A stretch of DNA of 62,488 bases, taken from IMG/VR virus record IMGVR_UViG_3300020042_001397, positions 1 to 62,488 of that record. One strand, written 5' to 3'. The position numbers and the translations under genes were made by a program. The notes under the pieces are model-generated. The model made no database searches and was not told the DNA's origin. It saw only the letters and a list, made by a program, of their open reading frames with translations. The first letter of the stretch is position 1. Every line of letters starts with the position of its first letter. Origin of the DNA: a virus. Taxonomy: Duplodnaviria; Caudoviricetes. Below are positions 38,201 to 46,704 of the stretch, in pieces.

Positions 38201-41200
38201 CGGGGACAAGAACGGTTTGAAAGCGGTTTAAGCGAACAAAAAGGTTCGGCGTATGATTACGCGCAACGCCAAGAAGCGTTAGACCGTACGCGTAAGGCAC
38301 GGGAAGCCAAAGCTGCTAAAGGTACTGCCATGCAGGTGGCGATGACTAAGGCTGCACAAGAAAAAGTACTGAAAGAAGTAGCAAACCAAGACGTTGAAGA
38401 AAAGCGGTTTGCTATTGGTTCGGAAACAGAAAGTAAAGACTTGAGCAACGAGCAGGTCAAGCTGTTGGAAGATAACAAGCTGCAAGATGCGTACAAGTCA
38501 ATTTCCGAAGACGACACAAACCAACCGTTAAACCGTGCTGTGTCTTTGGCGTTGGAAGTTTTTGCGGACAATACCACCGTTAAGCTACACGACAAGTTGT
38601 ACGCTCCTGACGGACAAGAAGTGTTGGGCATGGCGACCAGCCGCGTAGTGGACTTGAGCCGTAACGGTGGACTGACGCAAGAAGTGTTGTTGCATGAAGG
38701 CACACACGCAGCAGTTGAGCGTGTCATCCAGATGGCGCAAGACGACATTACGTTGCTGAGTAAAGAGCAGCAGGCTGCGTACCGTGAACTGGAAGCGCTG
38801 TACAACTCGGCCAAGAAAGACCCGTCGATTACTAGCGCAAACGCTAAGAGTAACATTTCTGAGTTTGCTGCCGAAGTGCTGTCGAACGAGAATTTACAGA
38901 AACAACTTAAGCAGAAGAAGTGGCGCACGTCGGATGCGTTCCGTGGATTCGTTAGCATCATCTTAAAAATGATTGGTGTTACTAACGTCGATAACATGCT
39001 GGACGCATCAGTGTCCGCTGTAGAAGCGTTGATGATTTCTACTAGCTCCGCGCAGCCAGTAACGGAACAAGTACGCGCCAAACCTAAAGAAGATGTGGAC
39101 GTTGGCGTTTACGAAAAAACAAAAGGTGACTTTGGATTTAAGTCTAAGACAGAGCCGGTAACTGTTGCGTCTTCGTTTGTTGCGTCCAAGCCGTCCTTTA
39201 AAGACGAGCTTATGGGTAACGTCATGGGCTTAACAGGGCGTGTGCAGTTTGTTGACCAGTACGCTGCGCTGTCTGCTGCGTTCAAACAAGGCGTTGCTGC
39301 TGAACAAATCTCGTCGCTCGAAGCCGAACAAGCTGAGTTCTATTTACGTTTTGGCCAACAGACCAGCCAGTTTGCGGGTCAGGCGCTGACCAACGGACCA
39401 GTAGAGTTACGCAAAGCCGAAGGTGGTGGGTACATCTACGCAAGCAAGCCCGGCGCTAACATGGTGCAGGTAGCCGAAGCAGTCAGTAAAGCTAACGTAG
39501 GCAACGACACGCAGACCGAAGCAATGTTCACCGCCTATCTGGCAGGTAAGCGTGCGGAAGTTGTGGGTTGGGATAAGCTGAACTTTGATAATCCGAAGCT
39601 GGCGCAAAAAGAATACAACGACGTATTAAATATTCTTAAAGCAGATAAGCAAGCAGACGCTGCCTTTAAGGAAGCTGCCGACATTTATCAGCAGTACAAC
39701 AACGGCCAGCTTGATCTACTAGTGCAGACCGGATACATGTCTGAGAAGCTGGCGGCCGATCTCAAGAAGACGCCATATGTTCCGTTCTATCGCGCTAACC
39801 GTGACGGCAACGTGGAGCTAGTGATTGATAAAGAAAATATCGTCACGCTCTCCAACATCAAGGATGAGCCACAGCTTAAAGCGTTAGTCGGGGACAACAC
39901 GCAGATTCAGCCGGTCTTTACTAGCGCTGTGCAAAACACGTTCATGATAACTAACATGGCGTTGCGCAACCAGATGATGAAAGACTCGTCGTTCTTGCTG
40001 AAGAAGATGGGTATTGCCAGCACGCTTAGTAAAGGCCCCGGCCCGGGCGGTCCTGATACTGTACGCTTTAAGATCAAGGGCGAAGATCACTTTGTGGTAA
40101 TCGACACCGACATGTACGGCATCCCTGCCGACCTTATCATCAAGGGCATGGAAGGTATTAAGACTACGCTACCTGCGGTGTTCAAGCTGATGGGCATACC
40201 GGCTGACGTACTGCGTAAGTTTGTTACCCGTAACCCGGCGTATGCGATCAAGCAGGCGTTCCGTGACCCGTTGACTGCGTGGATGACTACAGGTACTGAC
40301 GGTGTGCCTGTGCTCAACTCGTTTAAAGAACTGAGTAAGATGATGGCCGGCCGCAGCGAAGAACAAGCTAAGTTGATGGCCTCGGGCGCGATCAGCAGCA
40401 ACGTGTTTAGCGGTGACGAGCGCGACATGTCGAAGTTCCTGAAAGACTTGTCGGTAGGCAAGATGGGTTGGGACAAAACGATGGCCAAGCTTGACGCCTT
40501 CGCTATGCAAGGTGATGCAGCTACGCGTGCGGTTGTGTACAAGGACTCGCTCAATAAGGGAATGTCCGAGATGCAGGCGCTCTTGCGTACGCTTGAGTCA
40601 ATGAACTTTAGCCGCCGGGGACTCTCCCCTAGCATGCAGGTACTATCAACAATTATCCCGTTCTTTAATGCACAGATTCAGGGTCTCGACGTTTTGTATC
40701 GCGCATTCACTAACCAGATGCCGCATAGCGAACAGCTAAAGATTAGGCAGAAAATGTTGGTGCGCGGCCTGATGTTAGCCGCCGGTACGATGGCCTACGC
40801 TGCGATGATGCAGGATGATGAAGCCTACAAACGCGCCAAGCCTGAAGAACGTCTGGCCAACTGGTTTGTGTACATCCCGGGCGTGGATGAGCCGATGCGT
40901 GTACCTATTCCGTTCGAGATGGGGTACTTGTTTAAGGCGTTGCCGGAAGCAATATTCAATATGGCGGCTGATGATGAGCGCTCATCTGACATCACTAAGG
41001 GTATGGGCAAATTGCTGGCGCTGTCCAACCCGTTCGCGTTGCCGCAAGCAGTTAAGCCGTTGACTGAAGTGGTGCTGGGCAGGTCGTTCTTTAGTGGGGA
41101 TATTGAGTCGTCGCGGGAGCAACAGACTATGCTGCCGACCGAACGCTACAGAGATTCGACCACCGAGTTTGCCAAGCTGCTCGGTAGTGCTACGGGGGAC

Positions 41201-41704
41201 GCTGGCTTAACGCCAATTAAGATTGACTACTTGATGCGTGGGTACATGGGCGGCTTGGGTCTTGCGCTGGTGTCGCTGGCCAATCCTATCCTGAACATGG
41301 AAGGCAAAGCAGAAGTTGCCGACCCGACTAAGAAGATCAGCAAGATGCCGTTCATTGGCGGTATGTTCCAGCCTATCGAGGGACGCGGTACGTTAGACGC
41401 AGCCTATGAGCGTATGCAGGAAATACAGCAAACAAAGGGTTCGTTTAACAAGCTGATCGAAGAAGGCAAGAAGGACGAAGCTAAAGCCTTTGCTCTCGAG
41501 AACATCGACAAAATATCTGGGGCGTCGATGTCTGGCAGTGTGCAGAAGCAGCTAGGCGAGTTGGCCAAGTATCGGCGTCAGATCATTGCATCCCCGCGCT
41601 TAACTACCGAGCAGAAGGATACGTTGCTGGAGAAGCTAGATTCCGCACAGGTTAAGATAGCGCGGAACTTTATAACTGTAACCGATAGAACCACACGCCA
41701 ATAA
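35279..41704 (+). CDS. Large internal virion / polyvalent protein (zincin motif, LPD38-like C-terminus)
   Basis: 2141 aa; LLHEGTH...EFAAE zincin-like motif; IPFFNAQIQG and RVPIPFEMGY C-terminal region. Confidence 0.75.
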   Translation: MPIARFQMPDGRIARFEVPEGTTPEQAQAMIEQAMAGVQQAAPARKKGFGAAVSQGLESLLSSGQTALGALTSTPEEEVAAAALRRSQERSGKYAEQTGLDLLKKVYEEKGLVGGAKEVVRQVPLAIAEQAPNLAAMFGGARLGAMAGSVAGPGGAVIGGIGGALIPSAVQQFGTNVERRAAEGLPADFKTSAATAVPQAGLDVAGTLIPFGGKLVTKLTGIPMGALFGKTAAQAEKIANERLLATLAKGTATGMAAEIPTEIAQQMLERAQAGLSLASPDALEEYGRTAYQVGLLGPLGAVGRVSEKMGAQEDILQRQKDAQAATVAALASAPAPEVAPEPAPAEVAPLPAEAAPAAEPLPTALAPLTPKTAPAAPVELAPAVEPVYTPPAGDLPSLMDQHRTMALKLDPFETQLQAAATKGDTAAINALLPQYNELKTQVQQLGTHIEKLGGTTVDAATFETTSAATVTDIDKKIAAAQKKLAEAGALGDFEAMPKLGTKLDTLKAERDKLTADIESRRSVLAEQQKGLTQRGETRPLFTEAEAPEPTREQQQKYAESRGEVFAEKPEQAATTEVTIAPEKETAPTGMYDLFGDFNLLNTAINDRNPQVLANMHRARQRADQKALEARKPTRTPREQVAELLGPQIGKIIRRERNYDVREIETGERKGQEVYVSDDIAAEITRLRDVVEKPVGNAKRSLLQQLHDEFDLLEKRDTALQEAIAAGASEAKLTTLRNQVATAQTRYEKKLARVAPYRAKLDAQLAKLYKETEIQTPRQKEAELQALGTSARALSREAKQAKKSTKAELGLKAQAELDAVLDDVVREVGYKTEEYQKLVGPAQKKLNDKVELLKKFVDTSVAKLEALKAEKGEDSKKYNTAVTNFIKQKKDRTQVVDAFAKSVAADLEAKARAIGAASPALAEAQEKAKKEFAKREKPVAEAQEPVYQRGTQATRKIAKLSEIRTESPESRAETARGQERFESGLSEQKGSAYDYAQRQEALDRTRKAREAKAAKGTAMQVAMTKAAQEKVLKEVANQDVEEKRFAIGSETESKDLSNEQVKLLEDNKLQDAYKSISEDDTNQPLNRAVSLALEVFADNTTVKLHDKLYAPDGQEVLGMATSRVVDLSRNGGLTQEVLLHEGTHAAVERVIQMAQDDITLLSKEQQAAYRELEALYNSAKKDPSITSANAKSNISEFAAEVLSNENLQKQLKQKKWRTSDAFRGFVSIILKMIGVTNVDNMLDASVSAVEALMISTSSAQPVTEQVRAKPKEDVDVGVYEKTKGDFGFKSKTEPVTVASSFVASKPSFKDELMGNVMGLTGRVQFVDQYAALSAAFKQGVAAEQISSLEAEQAEFYLRFGQQTSQFAGQALTNGPVELRKAEGGGYIYASKPGANMVQVAEAVSKANVGNDTQTEAMFTAYLAGKRAEVVGWDKLNFDNPKLAQKEYNDVLNILKADKQADAAFKEAADIYQQYNNGQLDLLVQTGYMSEKLAADLKKTPYVPFYRANRDGNVELVIDKENIVTLSNIKDEPQLKALVGDNTQIQPVFTSAVQNTFMITNMALRNQMMKDSSFLLKKMGIASTLSKGPGPGGPDTVRFKIKGEDHFVVIDTDMYGIPADLIIKGMEGIKTTLPAVFKLMGIPADVLRKFVTRNPAYAIKQAFRDPLTAWMTTGTDGVPVLNSFKELSKMMAGRSEEQAKLMASGAISSNVFSGDERDMSKFLKDLSVGKMGWDKTMAKLDAFAMQGDAATRAVVYKDSLNKGMSEMQALLRTLESMNFSRRGLSPSMQVLSTIIPFFNAQIQGLDVLYRAFTNQMPHSEQLKIRQKMLVRGLMLAAGTMAYAAMMQDDEAYKRAKPEERLANWFVYIPGVDEPMRVPIPFEMGYLFKALPEAIFNMAADDERSSDITKGMGKLLALSNPFALPQAVKPLTEVVLGRSFFSGDIESSREQQTMLPTERYRDSTTEFAKLLGSATGDAGLTPIKIDYLMRGYMGGLGLALVSLANPILNMEGKAEVADPTKKISKMPFIGGMFQPIEGRGTLDAAYERMQEIQQTKGSFNKLIEEGKKDEAKAFALENIDKISGASMSGSVQKQLGELAKYRRQIIASPRLTTEQKDTLLEKLDSAQVKIARNFITVTDRTTRQ

Positions 41705-41867
41705 GACCCTTGCTAACGCCCGCCACTGCGCGGGCGTTATGCACATCAAGCCGCATAGCTTGAATCAACCCTTCTTGCCTAACGGTTTGGGTATCAAGGC
41801 AGGGGACAAAGAACCCCTGCCCTTTCTTCAGCTTATTCCACGGATAGTGTACTTGCAAGCTCGTCAT
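41670..41867 (-). CDS. Small hypothetical protein
   Basis: YPW..LKKGQGFFVPC; last gene of the - strand arm, 3' end overlaps the giant + strand gene. Confidence 0.7.
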   Translation of the reverse strand: MTSLQVHYPWNKLKKGQGFFVPCLDTQTVRQEGLIQAMRLDVHNARAVAGVSKGLIGVWFYRLQL

Positions 41868-44736
41868 CTTCTACCTTGCGCGTTATCTTAATCACTGGCA
41901 CACGCATCTGTGGTCCTTTCGTCTTGGCCATCATGTCCTTCTTGGGTAGGTACGTGACCATGAACAGCGCTTCTAGTTGCCGTTTAAAGTCAGAATAACC
42001 GAAGCTCATGGATGAACAGAACGATTTAAGCAGCCGCTCCTCGATGTAGTAGTCGATGTGGTCTGGCACTACGCCGTGCTCCACCCGCCCCATAACATGC
42101 GAACGTGTAGTCGATGCGTCGATAGCTCCACCGTTGCCCATCTCGGCCAGTATGCCGCCTGATGCGCCGAACTTAACTACGATGAAGTTGCCGTAGAACT
42201 CGCGTGTAAATGAGTTTAGTATGTCCTCTGCGCTGCGGCTGCTGGACTTGATGTTGCTACGCATGTAGCCAACTGTCTTTTTAAAGTACGACAAGATAGC
42301 TTCGAGCGGGAAGTCCACCACACCGGCATGCGCCGAGTTCATAACGATACCTACCGCCATACATGCGCCGATACCTGCCATCCAGAAACGCTCGTCATTC
42401 GTAGCAGCGAAATCCTTGTACGTGTTTCGGACAACCTCTGGCACCATCGTTTTTAAGAACGATACATTCTTGGCCATGTAGTCAGCCAACAGGTGACCGG
42501 CAACCGCATAGTTGCGCGCTAGGGACTTGATGATCTCGATCTCGTGCGGCTCCCACGACAGGTCTTGGTCCATGATGAACTCTAAGAGACGGCGCAGTTC
42601 ACCTTCTGACGCATGCTTACGGCCGCCGGTCAGGTAGTCCACAACGTGTGTGTTCGACGACATAATCGCTACCGTCATCCACGTAGATAAGTTCATCCGT
42701 TCCTTGTTGGAGCCGGACTCCATACGCTCTTTACCACGGCCTTCTGTCATGTCGAGCAGGAACGCAGGGAACCATTCGAAATCTGCCCGGTTCTTGCTGG
42801 TGATCTCGTCAGTAATCAACGGGAAGCTATTGAGCAGACCAAGGCGCTGCTGCATGGCAACGGGAGATGTGCCCTTACCTGTGCGGTAGTGAACCGGATG
42901 ACCCCAGACAGAAGCCGCACCTTCGAGCGCTAATGATTTACCTGTGCCTGATTCGGTTGAGCCGCAGTGATACGTCATGCCGTAGATACCTGTGAAGCGC
43001 ATGAGCGGCGCAGAAGCGCCAGCCAGAATGATGGCCAGATGCCCGTACAACTTCTTACGTATCAGTAGGTTGATGAACTCACGCCATGCCTCGATGCTGC
43101 CGGTAGGCTGCGAGTTGGACACGATATTCTCAAGCCCCGGCATCGGCACTTCCACCGGCAGACCAGTTGAATATATCTTGCCAGCAAACACGAACGTGTC
43201 GTTGTCTTGCCAGCCGCAGTTAGATGGTACGCGCAGCGGTGCTTTTTCTGTGCTCATTTTTTCCACGCAAGCCCTAATGTAATCGAACAGGTTCTTGTCA
43301 TTGCCAGAACCAAAAGCAGCAATAATGTTTTGTTGTGCTAAGTGCTTAACTGTTTCGTCCTTACTGACTACTGCCTTCTGTGGCAGCGTCACGGTCTGAG
43401 CGCCATCCTTACGCAACGCCAGCATGTGTATCGTGTGTTCGCCAGCATTGTTCAAGATGTCCACAGGGAACAGGTCGTATGGCAGCAACTGAATCTGACG
43501 CGTGATCTTCTTGCCCTCTGCGTCTTCATCTTGGCGCTCCATGAATATGCCGCCGTGTGTACCGTACGCATAACCGCGTGGTGACTCAGGGCGTAACACC
43601 TTGCGTACTTCCTCGGATGTCGGGGACGCAATGACCTCAACTACTTTCTCCGATGTATCGACCGTCGTTACACGCCCGAGTGCTAACGGATTAGTAATCT
43701 TGCCCCAGTGCTTGCACGATGTGCACACGCCGGGATTCTCGCTGTCGAACTTAACGCATGGGTACGGGCCCTTGATCTCAGCTAACTTAGTACGCATCCG
43801 ATCTTCTGTGTACGGGTGCAACTCTGTGAGCCAGACAACAGCGCGGTCACCATCGGAACACTTCTGCGCCAAGCTCATCATCCCGCGCCACAACGGCTCC
43901 ATCCCATCTTCGGTTGCGTTCTCTACGTAGTACTGTAGTTGTGCGCAGCCACGCCCTTCTTGCGTCTCTTTGTAAATCTTGCCGAACTCGGTCGCAGTAT
44001 TCTCGAACAACTTAACTGCCGTAGTGGTAGCAGCAGTCGGTCGAGTGCCGGGTAACGTGAGGCTTGTGCTCGGCGTAGCTTTAACCGCTAACGGCGTACT
44101 GGTCAGCATGCTGGCAATATGCTTGGCCATCGTCTCAAAATCAAACGTATCGCCTTCAGCAACAATCTTTACCGGCCGTGGCTTGTCGTACTTCTTCTTA
44201 AAGTTAGTCGTGCTAGGTATGCGTAATACCCGCGCTGCATCGGCTGTCACCGTGTAGTCAATGACCAGACGTTGCTGTGCACACAAACGCTTTAGGTTCT
44301 CGGCTGCTGGTTTCCAATCAGCAATCTCTACGTCTTGCTCAAACGGCCAGTAGCAATGCAGCCCACCACCGGACGAGATGACGTAAGGCGAACCAAACAA
44401 GTCCAGACCTGTCTCAGCTAAGAAGCCAGCCAATGCAGTAGCCGCCGCCTTACGCGTAGCGTAGCCGTCCATGTCGATAAAGAAAGAACGAATGTAGCGA
44501 GCGTTAGCTGCGATGCGCCGATCCTTGTTGCCCTTCATCAAAGCAACCTTCTCATCGAAGGAAGCCAAGCCGAAGTAAACGTCGCACTCGTTGCTAACCC
44601 AAGTGTCTACCGTCGGGTAAAATTCGGCCACATCTTCTACAAAGACATGATCTTTCTTCTTAGTTAATTCTGCCGCGCAGTAATATCCGTGACCCGGAGA
44701 CGGCAAAACAACCGCTAGAAATTCAAGCGGAGTCAT
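41833..44736 (-). CDS. DNA primase-helicase (AEP/RepB-like primase, Cys cluster, DUF927-like region, P-loop)
   Basis: FFIDMD, SSGGGLHCYW, DAARVLRIP; Walker A ESGTGKS and ITDE. Confidence 0.85.
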   Translation of the reverse strand: MTPLEFLAVVLPSPGHGYYCAAELTKKKDHVFVEDVAEFYPTVDTWVSNECDVYFGLASFDEKVALMKGNKDRRIAANARYIRSFFIDMDGYATRKAAATALAGFLAETGLDLFGSPYVISSGGGLHCYWPFEQDVEIADWKPAAENLKRLCAQQRLVIDYTVTADAARVLRIPSTTNFKKKYDKPRPVKIVAEGDTFDFETMAKHIASMLTSTPLAVKATPSTSLTLPGTRPTAATTTAVKLFENTATEFGKIYKETQEGRGCAQLQYYVENATEDGMEPLWRGMMSLAQKCSDGDRAVVWLTELHPYTEDRMRTKLAEIKGPYPCVKFDSENPGVCTSCKHWGKITNPLALGRVTTVDTSEKVVEVIASPTSEEVRKVLRPESPRGYAYGTHGGIFMERQDEDAEGKKITRQIQLLPYDLFPVDILNNAGEHTIHMLALRKDGAQTVTLPQKAVVSKDETVKHLAQQNIIAAFGSGNDKNLFDYIRACVEKMSTEKAPLRVPSNCGWQDNDTFVFAGKIYSTGLPVEVPMPGLENIVSNSQPTGSIEAWREFINLLIRKKLYGHLAIILAGASAPLMRFTGIYGMTYHCGSTESGTGKSLALEGAASVWGHPVHYRTGKGTSPVAMQQRLGLLNSFPLITDEITSKNRADFEWFPAFLLDMTEGRGKERMESGSNKERMNLSTWMTVAIMSSNTHVVDYLTGGRKHASEGELRRLLEFIMDQDLSWEPHEIEIIKSLARNYAVAGHLLADYMAKNVSFLKTMVPEVVRNTYKDFAATNDERFWMAGIGACMAVGIVMNSAHAGVVDFPLEAILSYFKKTVGYMRSNIKSSSRSAEDILNSFTREFYGNFIVVKFGASGGILAEMGNGGAIDASTTRSHVMGRVEHGVVPDHIDYYIEERLLKSFCSSMSFGYSDFKRQLEALFMVTYLPKKDMMAKTKGPQMRVPVIKITRKVEDDELASTLSVE

Positions 44737-44754
44737 AAAATCCTCGGGGTTAAG

Positions 44755-44937
44755 TTACTCGAACAGTTCTAACTGTGTATCGCAAAGCGGTGGGTAGATA
44801 GCGCCAATAGAACGTGCATACCGATTCAGAAGTTCAAGCTGGAAGGAAGTAGGCAGCCCACGCTGATGGTCCCACTCGGTCTCGCACAGACGGATGAACT
44901 CTTGTTTCGTTAAGGCTTGAGGTTGTATTCCTGACAT
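44755..44937 (-). CDS. Small protein ending in QLELF
   Basis: GGAG RBS before MSGIQP; C-terminus DTQLELFE. Confidence 0.7.
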   Translation of the reverse strand: MSGIQPQALTKQEFIRLCETEWDHQRGLPTSFQLELLNRYARSIGAIYPPLCDTQLELFE

Positions 44938-45188
44938 ATCTTTCTCCATGCTTCGTCAGCCGTCTTAGCGTGCTGCATTATTTTTAAAAGAAGTTCCACG
45001 CGATCTTGGTACGCTACGAAAACGTCCTTGCCTGCAAACCAGTTGTAAACAGTCTGTCGGGTAACGCCTAACGCATACGCAATCTTGGTCACGGGGAAAT
45101 TAAGATGCACTGCCCAACGCCCTAGCCGGTTGCCCGGCGTCTTAGGGGATGCGGCAACAAGATCAATAATTCGTTGTGAGTAGGCCAT
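44910..45188 (-). CDS. Cro-like HTH DNA-binding protein
   Basis: VTKIAYALGVTRQTVYNWF helix-turn-helix. Confidence 0.8.
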   Translation of the reverse strand: MAYSQRIIDLVAASPKTPGNRLGRWAVHLNFPVTKIAYALGVTRQTVYNWFAGKDVFVAYQDRVELLLKIMQHAKTADEAWRKICQEYNLKP

Positions 45189-45205
45189 TATGTTTTATGT
45201 TAGGT

Positions 45206-45243
45206 GGGGTACTCGCTGCACCTTTCGGCATCCGCTTTCCCCC
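45206..45243 (-). ncRNA. Candidate cis-regulatory hairpin with a loop E / sarcin-ricin-type motif
   Basis: GGGG-GAAA-GC..CC-GAAA-GG..GC-GAGUA-CCCC in an intergenic 5' UTR. Confidence 0.5.
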
Positions 45244-45250
45244 GTGAGAG

Positions 45251-46210
45251 TTACTCGTCGTCCCAGTCGGCTACGATGTCGGCAAGGTTGCCTTTCTTGG
45301 CTGGTACGGCGGACGCTTTAGAAGCTGGCTTGCGAACTTCTGGCTCCTCGTCGTCAGCAGTTTCTTCTACTGGCGCGGCTTTAGCTTTCGGTGCAGCCTT
45401 GGCTTTCGGTGCTGGTGCATCTTCTTCGTCGGCCACCACAGGGGCTTTACCCGGTAACGCTAACGCAGGCTTACTCTTAACACCATCCATCTGTGCCACA
45501 GTCATCACGACTGCGCGGCTGGCATCGGCAGAGTCAGCTTGGTTCTTAACAATATCGTACTCGGCATCGGTCAACCAACGCATAGGCTGGAAGTGCAGCT
45601 TCGGTGACTCGGCCTTAGTATCAAAGCGCATACGGGTGACGATCTGCTCTGGATTGATCGGTGGGTTCTGCAATGCCAGATAGCGAGCGTATGCTTGCAG
45701 TGGGCGCTTGTCGCCTTCTTCCTTACCGAACACAGACGTAGCTGGCAGGGTCAACTGCAACACATCGCCGGTAGGATTGTTCTCAAGCACCACGGCCAGA
45801 CGTTGTTGATAACGGCATGCGCGGCTATTGCCTTGGCCTGAACCAGCAATGTTCTGTGGGCACGACATGCAGGTTTCAGCTTGCTTGCCGGTAGCGGTAG
45901 CGTCTGGGCGCTCGCCATCATTCGACCAGCAGTCAGGACCAGAGATAGCCTCGGCATCATACGACTTAGCGTAGAACACGCGGCTGACTTTGGAAGCAGC
46001 CTTAACAATAATAACGTCAAGGTGGCGCTCATCAACGGTCGCCAGTTCTTTACCGCCAGCGATCAGACGGAACACACCGCCCTTAATCGAGATACGCTTG
46101 ACGCTGTTGCCTACACCACCGCCGGTCAGGGCGCGTGCTGTATCGGAGAGTTCGTTGTTGCGAGCGAAGGCGGGTACCGACGCTGGATTGAAAGCCATAA
46201 TATTGGACAT
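45251..46210 (-). CDS. Probable single-stranded DNA-binding protein
   Basis: Cys cluster (DCWS, CMSC, RAC), A/K/P linker and acidic aromatic tail ADWDDE; lies within the replication module. Confidence 0.6.
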   Translation of the reverse strand: MSNIMAFNPASVPAFARNNELSDTARALTGGGVGNSVKRISIKGGVFRLIAGGKELATVDERHLDVIIVKAASKVSRVFYAKSYDAEAISGPDCWSNDGERPDATATGKQAETCMSCPQNIAGSGQGNSRACRYQQRLAVVLENNPTGDVLQLTLPATSVFGKEEGDKRPLQAYARYLALQNPPINPEQIVTRMRFDTKAESPKLHFQPMRWLTDAEYDIVKNQADSADASRAVVMTVAQMDGVKSKPALALPGKAPVVADEEDAPAPKAKAAPKAKAAPVEETADDEEPEVRKPASKASAVPAKKGNLADIVADWDDE

Positions 46211-46220
46211 AGTATTTATC

Positions 46221-46631
46221 TCACTTAGTGGTGGTTGGTTTTGTTACGCGGATGTCGAACTCCGTAGTGGAGTTCAGTCCGGGGGGCACAAGCCCGGGGT
46301 TTTCTTGCAAGAAGTTGTGCATGTTGGTCTGTGCGATGCGCTTCTCTAACAGATCGACGACATCGTTGGCCACAATAAACTTCTTAAAAGAATCCCAGTC
46401 TTGCGTGTTGTACCGTGTCTTTGTTGCCAGCGACACAGTTCCAAAATCTGTACGTACGGACGAAACGCCTAACGCCTTCATCTGGTCTTTCATTGCGAAC
46501 TTAACTTGCTCTTGCATAGCCTTCAGTTCTTCTAGCTTGGTGTCGTACTCTTGCGTGAGTAAATCGACCTTTGCTTTGATCTTCCGGTACACCTTGGCAA
46601 GCTGATCTAACGGCACTATTTCATCAGTCAT
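46221..46631 (-). CDS. Replication-module hypothetical protein
   Basis: Coiled coil followed by DWDSFKKFI...LLEKRI; AGGAGAAGCAAATG RBS. Confidence 0.8.
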   Translation of the reverse strand: MTDEIVPLDQLAKVYRKIKAKVDLLTQEYDTKLEELKAMQEQVKFAMKDQMKALGVSSVRTDFGTVSLATKTRYNTQDWDSFKKFIVANDVVDLLEKRIAQTNMHNFLQENPGLVPPGLNSTTEFDIRVTKPTTTK

Positions 46632-46654
46632 TTGCTTCTCCTAATTATTTTGTG

Positions 46655-46670
46655 TGTCAAGGATTAGACA
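46655..46670. promoter_or_regulatory. Putative operator TGTCAA-N4-TAGACA
   Basis: Imperfect inverted repeat just downstream of a TTGCAA-16-TAGTAT promoter-like site; 14/16 identical to 57989-58004. Confidence 0.5.
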
Positions 46671-46704
46671 TACTACATAGATTTTTTACGATTGCAAACC
46701 CCTT

